Assembly (NCBI GenBank): GCA_017484125.1
Contig: JAFUTV010000007.1
Coordinates: 21,875 to 85,874 of the forward strand
Reading direction: 5' to 3'
DNA from: Bacilli bacterium
GTDB lineage: Bacteria > Bacillota_I > Bacilli_A > RF39 > UBA660
DNA length: 64,000 nucleotides
In this document: piece by piece, positions 8,393 through 18,643 of the stretch
Numbering within the stretch: the stretch's first letter is position 1
How the letters are laid out: each line of letters opens with the position of its first letter
Translations under genes and position numbers: made by a program
The notes under the pieces: model-generated
Told to the model about the DNA's origin: nothing
The model's input: the letters and a program-made list of their open reading frames with translations, nothing else
The model's database searches: none

Positions 8393-9583
8393 ATGGAACT
8401 ATTAGCAAATAAATACCGACCAAATAAATTAGATGATGTTATAGGTCAAACTCATTTAATTGGTGATAATAAAATACTTACAAATCTTATAAGTAATAAA
8501 AAGTTGTTTTCTATGATTCTTTATGGTAAACCAGGTATTGGTAAAACATCTATTGCATATGCATTAGTAAATGAGCTTAATATTAGACATAGATTTTTAA
8601 ATGCTACGATTAATACTAAAGCTGATTTTGAAGTAGTAGTTGAAGAAGCTAAATTGTATGGTGAAATGGTTGTAATAATGGACGAAATACATCGTCTTAA
8701 TAAAGATAAACAAGATTTGTTACTTCCTTATTTAGAATCAGGATTAATAATACTTATTGGACTTACTACATCTAATCCATATCACATAATTAATCCAGCA
8801 ATTAGATCAAGATGTCAAATATTTGAACTTCATGAACTTACTATTGAAGAAATAGTTATAGGACTTAAAAAAATAGCAAAAAATGAAGAAATTAAGGTAG
8901 ATGAAGAATCTTATACTTATATTGCTAAAACTTCCTCTGGAGACTTTAGAAATGCCATTAATTTATTAGATATTGCTTCTTCGTCCACAAATAATAAAAA
9001 AGTTACTATGGACGTATTAAAAAATATAAATTCTAAGCCCGTATTTTTTGCAGATAAAAATGAAGATGGACATTATGATGTATTATCAGCATTTCAAAAA
9101 TCAATTAGAGGAAGTGATGTTAATGCGTCATTACATTATTTGGCAAGACTTATTGAATCTGGCGATTTAGATTCAATTTATAGAAGAATGAGTGTTATTG
9201 CATATGAAGATATTGGACTTGCAAATCCATCTATTGGTCCAAAAGTAATGGCTGCAATAAGTGCAGCAGAACGTGTTGGTCTACCAGAAGCTAGAATTCC
9301 TCTTGGAACAATAGTTACTGAAATGGCTTTATCACCAAAGTCAAATTCAGCATATTTAGCACTTGATAATGCTCTTGATGATATAAGAAAAGGAAATACT
9401 GGTAATGTTCCAAATCATATTAAAACAACTTCACCAGATTATAAATATCCTCATAATTATAAAAATCACTTTGTAAAACAAGAATATTTACCTAACAATA
9501 TTAAAAATAAGAAATATTATATACCAGCAAAAAATAAATATGAAGATAATTTAAATAAATTACATGAAGAGATGACTAAATAA
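8393..9583 (+). CDS. rarA: replication-associated recombination protein RarA/MgsA
   Basis: GKPGIGKT Walker A, DEIHRLNK, TTSNPY, SAFQKSIRGSD, EDIGLA. Confidence 0.95.
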   Translation: MELLANKYRPNKLDDVIGQTHLIGDNKILTNLISNKKLFSMILYGKPGIGKTSIAYALVNELNIRHRFLNATINTKADFEVVVEEAKLYGEMVVIMDEIHRLNKDKQDLLLPYLESGLIILIGLTTSNPYHIINPAIRSRCQIFELHELTIEEIVIGLKKIAKNEEIKVDEESYTYIAKTSSGDFRNAINLLDIASSSTNNKKVTMDVLKNINSKPVFFADKNEDGHYDVLSAFQKSIRGSDVNASLHYLARLIESGDLDSIYRRMSVIAYEDIGLANPSIGPKVMAAISAAERVGLPEARIPLGTIVTEMALSPKSNSAYLALDNALDDIRKGNTGNVPNHIKTTSPDYKYPHNYKNHFVKQEYLPNNIKNKKYYIPAKNKYEDNLNKLHEEMTK

Positions 9584-9604
9584 GAGAACTTTTAAAGTTC
9601 TCTT
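9582..9604. terminator. bidirectional terminator between rarA and tcdA
   Basis: AAGAGAACTTT-T-AAAGTTCTCTT between convergent genes. Confidence 0.7.
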
Positions 9605-10278
9605 TTATCTTTTAATATCTTATTTATTACATAATATGCAGCATATATACCTGCAACAGATGGAACAAGTGATGTTGATCCTGGAGTTCTATTAATTGTT
9701 TTTACAGGTATTTCTTTAGAATATATAACGTCTTGTTTTCTTATATTTTCTTCTTTTAATAATTTACGCATTACTTTAGATAAAGGATCATAATTAGTTT
9801 TATAAATATCGGTTATTTCTAATTTTGTTGGATCTAATCTATTTCCTGTACCCATTGATGATATAATCGGTATATTTCTTTCTTTAGCATACTTAATTAA
9901 TAATACTTTAGTAGTAATAGTATCGCATGCATCAATTATATAATCATATTTTTCAATAAATAATTTATCAATATTATCTTTTGTAATAAAATCTTTACAA
10001 GTATTAATATTTATTTTAGGATTAATATCCAATATTCTTTCTTTAGCTACATCTACTTTATATTTACCAATATTTGAATGAAGTGAAATAATCTGTCTAT
10101 TTAAATTAGATTTTTCTATTTTATCATTATCAACTATAGTAAAATTTAAAATGCCAATTCTTGCTAAAACTTCAAGAGCATATCCTCCTACTCCACCTAT
10201 ACCAATTATTAAAATATTATTATTATTTATTTTAGTAAAATCTTTTTTATTAATGACTTTTAGTAAACGATCAAACAT
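9592..10278 (-). CDS. tcdA: tRNA threonylcarbamoyladenosine dehydratase (ThiF family)
   Basis: GIGGVGG, DNDKIEKSNLNRQ, DACD, SSMGTGNRLDPT, VPSVAG. Start moved to ATG 10278 behind GGAGG. Confidence 0.92.
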   Translation of the reverse strand: MFDRLLKVINKKDFTKINNNNILIIGIGGVGGYALEVLARIGILNFTIVDNDKIEKSNLNRQIISLHSNIGKYKVDVAKERILDINPKININTCKDFITKDNIDKLFIEKYDYIIDACDTITTKVLLIKYAKERNIPIISSMGTGNRLDPTKLEITDIYKTNYDPLSKVMRKLLKEENIRKQDVIYSKEIPVKTINRTPGSTSLVPSVAGIYAAYYVINKILKDKREL

Positions 10279-10299
10279 AGATAATCCTCCATAAAAAAA

Positions 10300-10472
10300 T
10301 GCCAAAGGACAGTTTCTATTGTGATAAAAAACCCGCACTCCCGCAGGTGGGTGTTCGCGAGTCTACTTTAGGGTTATGGGACAAGCCATCATACCAGCAC
10401 CATAGACTACCTTAAACTCCCTTATAAAATCACATAGTCGGTTTTTATAAAAAAGAAACCGTTGCCTTTGAC
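10300..10472 (-). ncRNA. ssrS: 6S RNA
   Basis: GC-richer island of about 173 nt. The 5' GTCAAAGG..CGGTTTC pairs with the 3' GAAACTG..CCTTTGGC. Contains GAACACCCACCTGCGGGAGTGCGGGTT, typical of Bacilli 6S, and sits directly upstream of tcdA as in B. subtilis. Confidence 0.88.
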
Positions 10473-10477
10473 AATTT

Positions 10478-10540
10478 CATTATAGCATAGTTGTTTTATC
10501 ACAGTCAATAATTGACATAATATTTTATTTATTTTATAAT
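10478..10540. promoter_or_regulatory. back-to-back sigmaA promoters (6S RNA and 95-aa gene)
   Basis: Minus strand: TTGACT-N18-TATAAT with extended TG. Plus strand: TTGACA-N17-TATAAT. The two -35 boxes form the palindrome GTCAAT-A-ATTGAC. Confidence 0.75.
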
Positions 10541-10554
10541 TAAAATGGAGTGAA

Positions 10555-10842
10555 GTGATTTGTATGAAAAGTAAAATAAGTGATGTATTATACTATACAA
10601 TTGATAATAATGATTACTGGATTTACTCTCTCAAAAATATCGAAGATAATTTTTATAAATATTATTTATTATCAATGGAAGATAATAATCCAACAATTAC
10701 TGATATAACAAATCCTATTGATTTTTTACAAAAATTAAATATAACACCAGTAGAAATATATGAAAATAGTATGGAATATATAAGATTTCTTGCAATAAAA
10801 AATATTGCTGAAAAAAAATTATTAAATGTAATTAAGAGGTAA
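10555..10842 (+). CDS. hypothetical protein, 95 aa
   Basis: Consensus promoter, GGAG RBS and terminator hairpin (AAGAGGTAAA...TTTACCTCTT) frame the ORF. Confidence 0.7.
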   Translation: MICMKSKISDVLYYTIDNNDYWIYSLKNIEDNFYKYYLLSMEDNNPTITDITNPIDFLQKLNITPVEIYENSMEYIRFLAIKNIAEKKLLNVIKR

Positions 10843-10847
10843 AAAAT

Positions 10848-12476
10848 TTACCTCTTTTTAAATTCAAATTCATCATCAATATCTTCTAATATAGATTTCA
10901 ATCTATTACTTACGATAATATTATCTTGATATACTTTTAAAATATTAACTGAATTAAAAGTATTTGCTTTAGGATCATATAAAAAATAATAATCCCCACT
11001 CTTATTATCTCCAATAATATTAAATATAATTTTATATTCTAATGTAGTTTTGTTTTTAACAGCATATATTTGTATTCTATTTTGAACTGGAGAATATTTG
11101 TAATTATATCCATCGAAGATAGAATTAGATGTATTTAACTCATTAAACATTATTTCTAATATTTCTTTAATTATTACAATTTGTTCACTATAACTTCTAT
11201 TATTAAATGGCAATCTTATTTCATTTGTACTAAAAATATATGGGAATAATACTCGTAGTTTATTAGCTATATATAAATTATCCGCGTATTCTTTTTGTTC
11301 TAATACAAAATCTTTATTAATAAAATGAAAACATAATTGATGTAATAAATCATTAAATTTACCATTTTTATTATCACTTTTAACATAATTTACTAAAGCG
11401 TTACTTTTATCTAAAACATCTAATAAATTATCTAAATCATAACTATTATAATTATATTTTTTCTTTATATTCTTAGAAAAATTACTATAATTAAAATTAT
11501 CATCAATAATAAAATCATTTGCATCTTTTTCATCATATAAATATTTAGATAATAATTTACACATATATTTAATCCATTTATCATAAGAAAAACTATTAGT
11601 AAACATCGATTTATCAATTGTTATATTCTTTTTTTTACTAATTTCATCACTTATATTATAACAAAGTATAAAAATCCATGATTCAATATCATCTTTAGAT
11701 AAATCACTTAAATAATTATTGAAAAACGATAAATTCTTACCTCTAATATTAAAATTATATAGTTTATTATATAAACTGCTATTTTCAATTAATAAATTAT
11801 AATATAATTTATTATTTTTTAAATAATCTTTTAGTATTAATAATGCAGTATCGTTATAATCTTTAGTAAAGTCATTATTTTTATATGAATAAGATAACTC
11901 TAAATATCCAATTTGATTATCTATTTCTTTTAATATATTATCATCTAGTACTGTAGCATCAATTTCTTCACCTTCATAGACTTGAACACTTCGATTATTT
12001 GATAAATTCATTATATAAGGAATATGATTAGCAAAATGACGAGTTTTCATATTTTCTTGAATAAATGGTAAATCTGATGCTAATGAGGTAAAATAAGTAT
12101 TATTTTCATCTTCTACAGCTAGTATATAATGATTTATATATAAGGTTTTATTATTACTACTAATTTCACTTATATTATTTTTAGATTTAACTAATTTAGA
12201 TTTAATACCTAATTTATCATATATTTCTTTTAAAATAAAAGATGCTGAAAGACATATTACATTTAAATCTCTGCCTTCAAGACTATTATATACCTTTTCA
12301 ATTTCATCAATTGACATATTTAAACTACCTAATTTTTGTTCTACTGAAAAGAAAAAGTCAGTATCTTTTGATAAATATTTACCAAACATTAAATATACAT
12401 ATCTTATTTTATATAAAGTAGGCCATTTTTTATTAACACCATTAATAATATATGTCTTTATTTCTTCTAAATTCAT
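10848..12476 (-). CDS. hypothetical protein, 542 aa, with N-terminal transglutaminase/papain-like Cys-His-Asp pattern
   Basis: VIC75LSASFILKEIYDKLGIKS, INH116YIL, ASD135LP; triad assignment by eye. Confidence 0.55.
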   Translation of the reverse strand: MNLEEIKTYIINGVNKKWPTLYKIRYVYLMFGKYLSKDTDFFFSVEQKLGSLNMSIDEIEKVYNSLEGRDLNVICLSASFILKEIYDKLGIKSKLVKSKNNISEISSNNKTLYINHYILAVEDENNTYFTSLASDLPFIQENMKTRHFANHIPYIMNLSNNRSVQVYEGEEIDATVLDDNILKEIDNQIGYLELSYSYKNNDFTKDYNDTALLILKDYLKNNKLYYNLLIENSSLYNKLYNFNIRGKNLSFFNNYLSDLSKDDIESWIFILCYNISDEISKKKNITIDKSMFTNSFSYDKWIKYMCKLLSKYLYDEKDANDFIIDDNFNYSNFSKNIKKKYNYNSYDLDNLLDVLDKSNALVNYVKSDNKNGKFNDLLHQLCFHFINKDFVLEQKEYADNLYIANKLRVLFPYIFSTNEIRLPFNNRSYSEQIVIIKEILEIMFNELNTSNSIFDGYNYKYSPVQNRIQIYAVKNKTTLEYKIIFNIIGDNKSGDYYFLYDPKANTFNSVNILKVYQDNIIVSNRLKSILEDIDDEFEFKKR

Positions 12477-12582
12477 ATTTTTATCTTCTCCATATATATT
12501 ATATCAATTTAAAAAAATCAAAGCAATTTTTTTATGTAACTATATACATTTTAATATAAAAAAGAAATCTTTTTAAGATTTC

Positions 12583-14451
12583 TTATAAGCTTTCAACAGT
12601 TTGTGATGTTGCTACATTACTATTTTGAACTTGAATTTGTTGCTGACTTGAATGTGTTGATGCTCCACTAACTTGAGTATTAGTTTGATTTTTTAGTGGC
12701 CATACATGATCAACATTACAACTTTGCGAGTATGGTGCTGGATTTGGTTTATCAAGTTTTATAATCATCGGAAGTTTAAAAGCTCCACCAAAACCTACAC
12801 AGTTACCTGGTTGTAATATTTTTTGCTTTTCAATAACATCTGTTGAAATATTAGGAAGCATAGTTCTTATATATTCGATATCTTTAGGGTGTGTCATTTT
12901 AAAAATTAAGAAGTTTGAACACTGAGAAATTACGGTTTCAGATATTTCTACTGGTCTTTGAGAAATAATATTTAAGAGTACTCCATACTTTCTACCCTCT
13001 TTAGCAATACGTTCAAATATATTATAAACAATTAAGAAAGTATCGGCATCTTTTGAAACATATCTATGAGCTTCTTCCAAAAACAAATGAAATGGAATAG
13101 ATGCTCTATCTTCTCTTTTTTTAGCAAATTCAAAGAAAAATCTTGCCATTATTTTAACAATAATTTTAGCATATGTATCATCTACATCTTCTAAATTAAT
13201 ATTAATAATTTGTGCCTTTTTATTATTATCATTTAATACCAATGAAGCAATATATTGTTCTTGAGATATATATTTTTCTACATCAAAGAATCTACCGACA
13301 AAGGAATTTAAAATTGAATTTAATCTAACCTTTAAGATAATTGCATCATCATATAGAGTTTGATTATGTAAAAATCCTTCTGAAATAAGAGTAAATTCCA
13401 AAGCATCTGCAAAATCTTTTAATGTATAAAATGCATTTTTTGGCTCTTCAGTTCTTTCTAAATCTTCATTTAAAAATTTTAATATGTATTCATTAATAAG
13501 AACAGATTCTCCAAAATTACCATTAGAATCAATTTCAAAACATTCACTAAAATTTCTTGTATAACCAAGACCTTGAACAGTAGCATCAAAGTTAAAATCT
13601 GGTGTGTGACATACTTCAATTATTCTAAATATTTCATTTTTCTTTTCTTTTGCTGTTTCATTACTATAAAGGATTGCAAGTAATGCTTTAGCAATTAAAT
13701 GATTTTTATATGCAGTTGTATTATCAGATACTACAGAAAAAATTTTAACTAGTTTTAAAGATCTTTCTAAAATAGGTATTTGAGAATGATTATCGCATTG
13801 TAATAGTAAAGTATAATCATCTAATGTAAGTAAATGTGTTGGTATTTTAAGTGGTTTATCCGAAGGATCTGTTGGATTAGTCGTAATAAATTTATATGAA
13901 TATAAAGGATTTATTTTATTTAGTTCTCTAAAAGCAGTTTTATATTCACCATAAGCATCAAATATAAATATGTTGGCATTATATGATACCATTTTAGGAT
14001 TAGAAAACATATTTTGAACTAGTCTTGATACACCCCATGATTTACCTGACCCAGTATTACCAAATATAGCCATATGATTAGCAAATAAATCATTTATTTT
14101 AACACAAACATTATAATCTTTATAAATAGATGATTTACCTATATAAAGAGTTGTTTCATCATATGTTCCAACAAGTTCTTGTAATTCTTCAGGTTTTACC
14201 ATTCTAATTATAGATGATAAAAGTGGTTTTCTAATAACACCTGATACATATCTAGTATCTAAAAATTCTCCAAGAAATCTAATTTTTATTGTATCATTAT
14301 TAACTTCTTCGACTTCTCCTAAGATTCTTTGATCTGGTGCTTCAAAAACAACATTCATGTTCATTACATCAGTATCTTGTCCCTCTAAGATATTTGCCTC
14401 AACATGAGCTTCACCTTCAGTAATATATTTAATTTTGCCAAACATATTCAT
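12583..14451 (-). CDS. HerA/FtsK-family ATPase (DUF87)
   Basis: N-terminal HAS-barrel-like region, HMAIFGNTGSGKS Walker A, LEEAHRY Walker B, RIAKEGRKYG, ISQRP. Confidence 0.88.
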   Translation of the reverse strand: MNMFGKIKYITEGEAHVEANILEGQDTDVMNMNVVFEAPDQRILGEVEEVNNDTIKIRFLGEFLDTRYVSGVIRKPLLSSIIRMVKPEELQELVGTYDETTLYIGKSSIYKDYNVCVKINDLFANHMAIFGNTGSGKSWGVSRLVQNMFSNPKMVSYNANIFIFDAYGEYKTAFRELNKINPLYSYKFITTNPTDPSDKPLKIPTHLLTLDDYTLLLQCDNHSQIPILERSLKLVKIFSVVSDNTTAYKNHLIAKALLAILYSNETAKEKKNEIFRIIEVCHTPDFNFDATVQGLGYTRNFSECFEIDSNGNFGESVLINEYILKFLNEDLERTEEPKNAFYTLKDFADALEFTLISEGFLHNQTLYDDAIILKVRLNSILNSFVGRFFDVEKYISQEQYIASLVLNDNNKKAQIININLEDVDDTYAKIIVKIMARFFFEFAKKREDRASIPFHLFLEEAHRYVSKDADTFLIVYNIFERIAKEGRKYGVLLNIISQRPVEISETVISQCSNFLIFKMTHPKDIEYIRTMLPNISTDVIEKQKILQPGNCVGFGGAFKLPMIIKLDKPNPAPYSQSCNVDHVWPLKNQTNTQVSGASTHSSQQQIQVQNSNVATSQTVESL

Positions 14452-14508
14452 ACACTCCTTTTATTCTTATTTAATTATAACATTAATACAATAAAAAAAG
14501 AAGAATTT

Positions 14509-14943
14509 TTATAAAATTCTACTTCTTCTTGGAACTTCAACAACCATTTCTTCTTCTAATGAAAGACTAGAAATGGATTGTATTAGTTTAACTTCATTAA
14601 TGTTATTTTCGTCTAAATAAGAATTTAAAGTTTTACTATATTTATTTATTATTGCTTCACATAGTTCATATAAGGAATAATTAGATAAAGTAATATTATT
14701 ACCCTCTAATGTTTCATATGTTATTTCTTTAGTTTTAAAATAGTTTAAACAAGCAAATAAAATATTCATTAAATAATTTTCATATTCTTTATAATAAACT
14801 CTAGCTAAAGAAAAACTACAATCAAATGCATATCTTTTAATATTAGATAATACATTATCTGAATCACTTACTGGCAATAATACACTACTTTGATTATTTG
14901 TTTTATTTTTTAAGTCATCAAAATAATAGATTTTACCTTTCAT
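14509..14943 (-). CDS. hypothetical protein, 144 aa
   Basis: ORF with GGGGGG RBS; no motif recognised. Confidence 0.65.
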   Translation of the reverse strand: MKGKIYYFDDLKNKTNNQSSVLLPVSDSDNVLSNIKRYAFDCSFSLARVYYKEYENYLMNILFACLNYFKTKEITYETLEGNNITLSNYSLYELCEAIINKYSKTLNSYLDENNINEVKLIQSISSLSLEEEMVVEVPRRSRIL

Positions 14944-14966
14944 AATTATTCCCCCCTTATTTATTT

Positions 14967-15764
14967 TTATTTTAAACTAACTAATTCACTAATATTAGTT
15001 ATATTATCAAAACTATCAAATACTGATAATTTTGAATTGACATTATAAATCCATGATGTACTACCATTATTGTATCTAATAGCAATTTTTTCAACAGTAT
15101 CTAATCCTTTAGCATAATATCTTTCAGACATCATTTTAACATATGATAAAACACCATATTCAATATTTGGATACTTTAATAATCCACTTCTTGACATACC
15201 ACCAAATATATTATTACATGACATCATATACCTAGCATTTAAGTTACCTGATTCAATGTATGCAATAGATGACAATACATTAAAATTTACGTTATTATAT
15301 ATATTAGAATAATATTTAATTAAGCCATATATATAATCTTTTGTATAATTATTTGCGTTTTCATATTCTTGATTAAATATGGTAGGATTAATACTTTTTA
15401 ATTTAAATAGATAATCAATTAAATTCTTATCTAATGATTCATACGTATTTGATGTATTACCTAAATCATTATAATTTAATCTACCATCATTATCTTTAAT
15501 AATATTTTCTTTTAAATCATCTAAAGATATACCAAACATATTAGTATAAAAATCAAATACCTCTTGATTATTTAATATAAATACATCTAAATCTAAATTA
15601 ATATCATAAGTATTATATGATTCCATTGCTAATACTTGGTTTGTTTCAATTACTTTTTGTTTATCAATCAAAATGTTGTTTTTCAATACCCCACTAGTAA
15701 CAATTACTGCAGTTATTATAAAGGCTACTAATTTCACCTTCAGCTCACTTTTCATGACTTTCAA
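14967..15764 (-). CDS. membrane-anchored lysozyme-like (glucosaminidase-type) cell wall hydrolase
   Basis: N-terminal TM; C-terminal SIAYIESG...NNIFGGM...YYAKGLDTVEKIAIRY. Confidence 0.7.
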   Translation of the reverse strand: MKVMKSELKVKLVAFIITAVIVTSGVLKNNILIDKQKVIETNQVLAMESYNTYDINLDLDVFILNNQEVFDFYTNMFGISLDDLKENIIKDNDGRLNYNDLGNTSNTYESLDKNLIDYLFKLKSINPTIFNQEYENANNYTKDYIYGLIKYYSNIYNNVNFNVLSSIAYIESGNLNARYMMSCNNIFGGMSRSGLLKYPNIEYGVLSYVKMMSERYYAKGLDTVEKIAIRYNNGSTSWIYNVNSKLSVFDSFDNITNISELVSLK

Positions 15765-16022
15765 AAACCTCCAATTCTTTCCAACAAAGAAAGTGCCTAT
15801 AGTATAACATATTTTTGCAAAAAAATCAAGTTAGTCCCTGTTTTAGGGTTTATTATTTACTCTATTTTTTACATATTTAACTACAACAAATAATGTAGTT
15901 AGTACATATTATATGCATTATTTAATAAATAATTTGATATATTTTGTAAGATTTTATTTTTAATCAATAATATTTATACTATTTCTTGATTTTTAAGCTA
16001 AATTACTATATAATCTAGTTAA

Positions 16023-16478
16023 TTGGAGGTAATTATTGTGAAGAAGGATAATCTAAGTAAGCTAAAAGGCAAAGGTAAAGGATTCATTGATGAATTTAAA
16101 GCATTTGTTTTAAGAGGAAATGTTATGGATATGGCAATTGGTGTTATTATTGGTAGCGCTTTTGCCAGTATTGTTACTGCTTTAACTGATGATTTTATCA
16201 ATCCATTAATTAATGGCATTGGCGGTGCTGAAGTTCAAGGAAAAATAGCAATTTATGGTGGTCAATATCTAAATTGGGGACATTTTGTAACTGCAGTAAT
16301 CAATTTCTTAATTATGGCTTTAGTATTATTTATTATGTTAAAAGCCGTAAATAAATTAATGTCTATTGGTAAGAAAAAAGAAGCAGAAAAAGAAGCAGAA
16401 ATTGTAAAATCAAATGAAGAAATTCTTTTAGAAGAAATTAGAGATTTATTAAAAGAAAATAAAAAGAAAAGTAAATAA
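16023..16478 (+). CDS. mscL: large-conductance mechanosensitive channel
   Basis: EFKAFVLRGNVMDMAIGVIIGSAF, YLNWGHFVTAVINF, EEILLEEIRDLLK. Confidence 0.95.
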   Translation: MEVIIVKKDNLSKLKGKGKGFIDEFKAFVLRGNVMDMAIGVIIGSAFASIVTALTDDFINPLINGIGGAEVQGKIAIYGGQYLNWGHFVTAVINFLIMALVLFIMLKAVNKLMSIGKKKEAEKEAEIVKSNEEILLEEIRDLLKENKKKSK

Positions 16479-16479
16479 T

Positions 16480-16512
16480 AAAAACTTCCTAATATTTGGG
16501 AAGTTTTTTATT
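16480..16512. terminator. bidirectional terminator
   Basis: AAAAACTTCCTAA-TAT-TTGGGAAGTTTTT between convergent genes. Confidence 0.7.
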
Positions 16513-16522
16513 TTGATAAATA

Positions 16523-17386
16523 TTATTGAAGAATTAATGAAGATAGTATATAATTATCATCTACATTTTCAAAAATAAATTTAAAATTAAAATCATTATT
16601 TACATTATATAAATTATAATATAGTGAAATATTAGCTTCAGCAGTGTCATCATTAATTTCAACATCATAATTTACTATATTTAATTCACATTGATAATAA
16701 ACATTACCGGCACCCCAATAGCTATAATAAACTTTATTTAATTCATCATAATTCATACTTGGAACCTTATTTATATCTTTATAAATAGCGCTACCACCAA
16801 ATATATTTGTATATGTTTCTTCAATATCACTTATACTTATTTGTCTTGAAGAATCCCAATTAACCATTTCTTCTAAGGTGTATGGTATTCCATTAAATAT
16901 CTTTTTGTATTCTTCATTATTATTTTCTTCATAAGGAATAGTAACAGGTCCAGATTTTGCTTTTTCCAAATATTTTAAAGTAATATATAATTTATCTTCA
17001 TCAGTTAAATTGCCTTTTAAAATTTCTTCATTTATTCCATCTAAAATAATATTTTCTTCATCACTTAACTCTTTAGCATTAGGAGATATAATAATAAACA
17101 TTTTATTAATTATTTCTTTTTTTATTTCTTCTTCACTCTTTATATTAGATGAATTTGTTTCTTCATCTGTAGTATTTTCATTATTAGTTTCGTTATTAGT
17201 AGTTTCACTTTGGTTATTAGTATTTGTTGTACGATTATTTGATTTAGGAGCAGACAAAACAAATTTATATACTAAAAATCCAGCAATTAATAAAATAATA
17301 ACAATTAATAATATTACAATTAAAGTTTTATTTCCCTTTTTTTTTGGAATATTTTCAATTATTTCAATTTCTTCATCCATATACAA
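16523..17386 (-). CDS. membrane-anchored hypothetical protein, 287 aa
   Basis: N-terminal TM followed by a Thr/Asn/Glu-rich linker. Confidence 0.7.
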   Translation of the reverse strand: MYMDEEIEIIENIPKKKGNKTLIVILLIVIILLIAGFLVYKFVLSAPKSNNRTTNTNNQSETTNNETNNENTTDEETNSSNIKSEEEIKKEIINKMFIIISPNAKELSDEENIILDGINEEILKGNLTDEDKLYITLKYLEKAKSGPVTIPYEENNNEEYKKIFNGIPYTLEEMVNWDSSRQISISDIEETYTNIFGGSAIYKDINKVPSMNYDELNKVYYSYWGAGNVYYQCELNIVNYDVEINDDTAEANISLYYNLYNVNNDFNFKFIFENVDDNYILSSLILQ

Positions 17387-17441
17387 TCCCTCTATTCTAT
17401 AATATATTTTATCACAAAATAAAAAAGATTAAAATATAATC

Positions 17442-17570
17442 TTATAATTTATTAAATATTTGTTTCTTTTTTATTAAATATATTGAAATAATTGCTAAAA
17501 TACTAATTCCTATTAAAGTAATAATTGGAAGAAATTCTCCAGTATTTGGATTTTTAATATCATTTTTAAT
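17442..17570 (-). pseudogene. orphan C-terminal sorting-signal remnant (NPNTG, TM, basic tail)
   Basis: Hand translation IKNDIKNPNTGEFLPIITLIGISILAIISIYLIKKKQIFNKL*; no in-frame ATG or RBS upstream. Confidence 0.55.
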
Positions 17571-17625
17571 AAAACATACATTTATTAAATAAAAAAATAA
17601 GATTTTACATATAATTGTAAAAATC

Positions 17626-18633
17626 TTATTTTTCTTGATTATTTGCTACATTAAATATTATTGCACCAACTATTGTTGGAACGTAATATGTTAAGAATCT
17701 CCATAATATTAATAATGCTTTAAGAGGAGTTTCTATTAAGAAATTACCAAAGAATCCTAAGAATGCATATTCCATTCCACCACTGGCACCTGGAATTGGT
17801 ACATAACATCCCATAACATAAATATATGATGATGCCGCTATTGTATTAATTACATTTAAATTATCTCCTAAATTTAAAGACCAAGCTATAAATAAAGGTA
17901 ATACATAATAAATCCCAAGTGATATTGTTTGAAATAATGTACATTTTATAAATACTTTCTTATTTTGAAGTAATAACTTGGCATTATCATAGTAATCATC
18001 ACATCTTTTATTCCATTTTTCTATTGATTTTTCTTTATCTTTTACTAATTTTATTTTAGATAAAAATCCTATAATTACATTTACTAATCCTTTATTAAAA
18101 TTTTTAGAAAAACTAATTAAAAACAATAATATTAGTATAACAAAATTTATTATAAATCCTATAATAGTTAGTTGCTTTAATATTGGAATATAAGCAAATA
18201 AATGCATTACTTGATTTAATACTATAGCTAATATTGCCCAAAAAACTAATGCTATTTGAAATACAATATAATTTTGAATAACAATATTAGCTCCATTTGA
18301 GTAACTAACTCCTTTTTTATGCATTTCATATACTTCCATTGGTTGTCCACCACTGGCAAGTGGTGTTATACCATTGAAAAATTTAGTTATTATACCTAAA
18401 TATAATGAAAATTGAAATTTGAAATTTTTATTATATTGTTTAATTATGTTATGTAAAGATAATTGATCAAATATAAAGTATATAAAATATAATAATATTG
18501 TTATAAAAAGCCATAATAAATTTGCTTGTTGTAATACTTTTACTATGCTATTAAAATCATCTTTTAATATATAAAAAAGTATGCCTATTGTAATAATTAA
18601 TATAATAATACTATTTCTTTTTGCATGTTTCAT
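17626..18633 (-). CDS. lysylphosphatidylglycerol synthase-like transmembrane (flippase) protein
   Basis: FFNGITPLASGGQP, VPIPGASGGME, LWRFLTYY. Confidence 0.85.
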   Translation of the reverse strand: MKHAKRNSIIILIITIGILFYILKDDFNSIVKVLQQANLLWLFITILLYFIYFIFDQLSLHNIIKQYNKNFKFQFSLYLGIITKFFNGITPLASGGQPMEVYEMHKKGVSYSNGANIVIQNYIVFQIALVFWAILAIVLNQVMHLFAYIPILKQLTIIGFIINFVILILLFLISFSKNFNKGLVNVIIGFLSKIKLVKDKEKSIEKWNKRCDDYYDNAKLLLQNKKVFIKCTLFQTISLGIYYVLPLFIAWSLNLGDNLNVINTIAASSYIYVMGCYVPIPGASGGMEYAFLGFFGNFLIETPLKALLILWRFLTYYVPTIVGAIIFNVANNQEK

Positions 18634-18643
18634 AATAAACCTC

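Noticed and set aside
15780-16020. Possible riboswitch upstream of the cell wall hydrolase
   Set aside because: Only one short hairpin (TAACTACA-N8-TGTAGTTA); no recognisable c-di-AMP or c-di-GMP aptamer motifs.
16019-17402. ORFs 16019-16219 (-) and 17010-17402 (+)
   Set aside because: Antisense shadows of mscL and of the 287-aa membrane protein.
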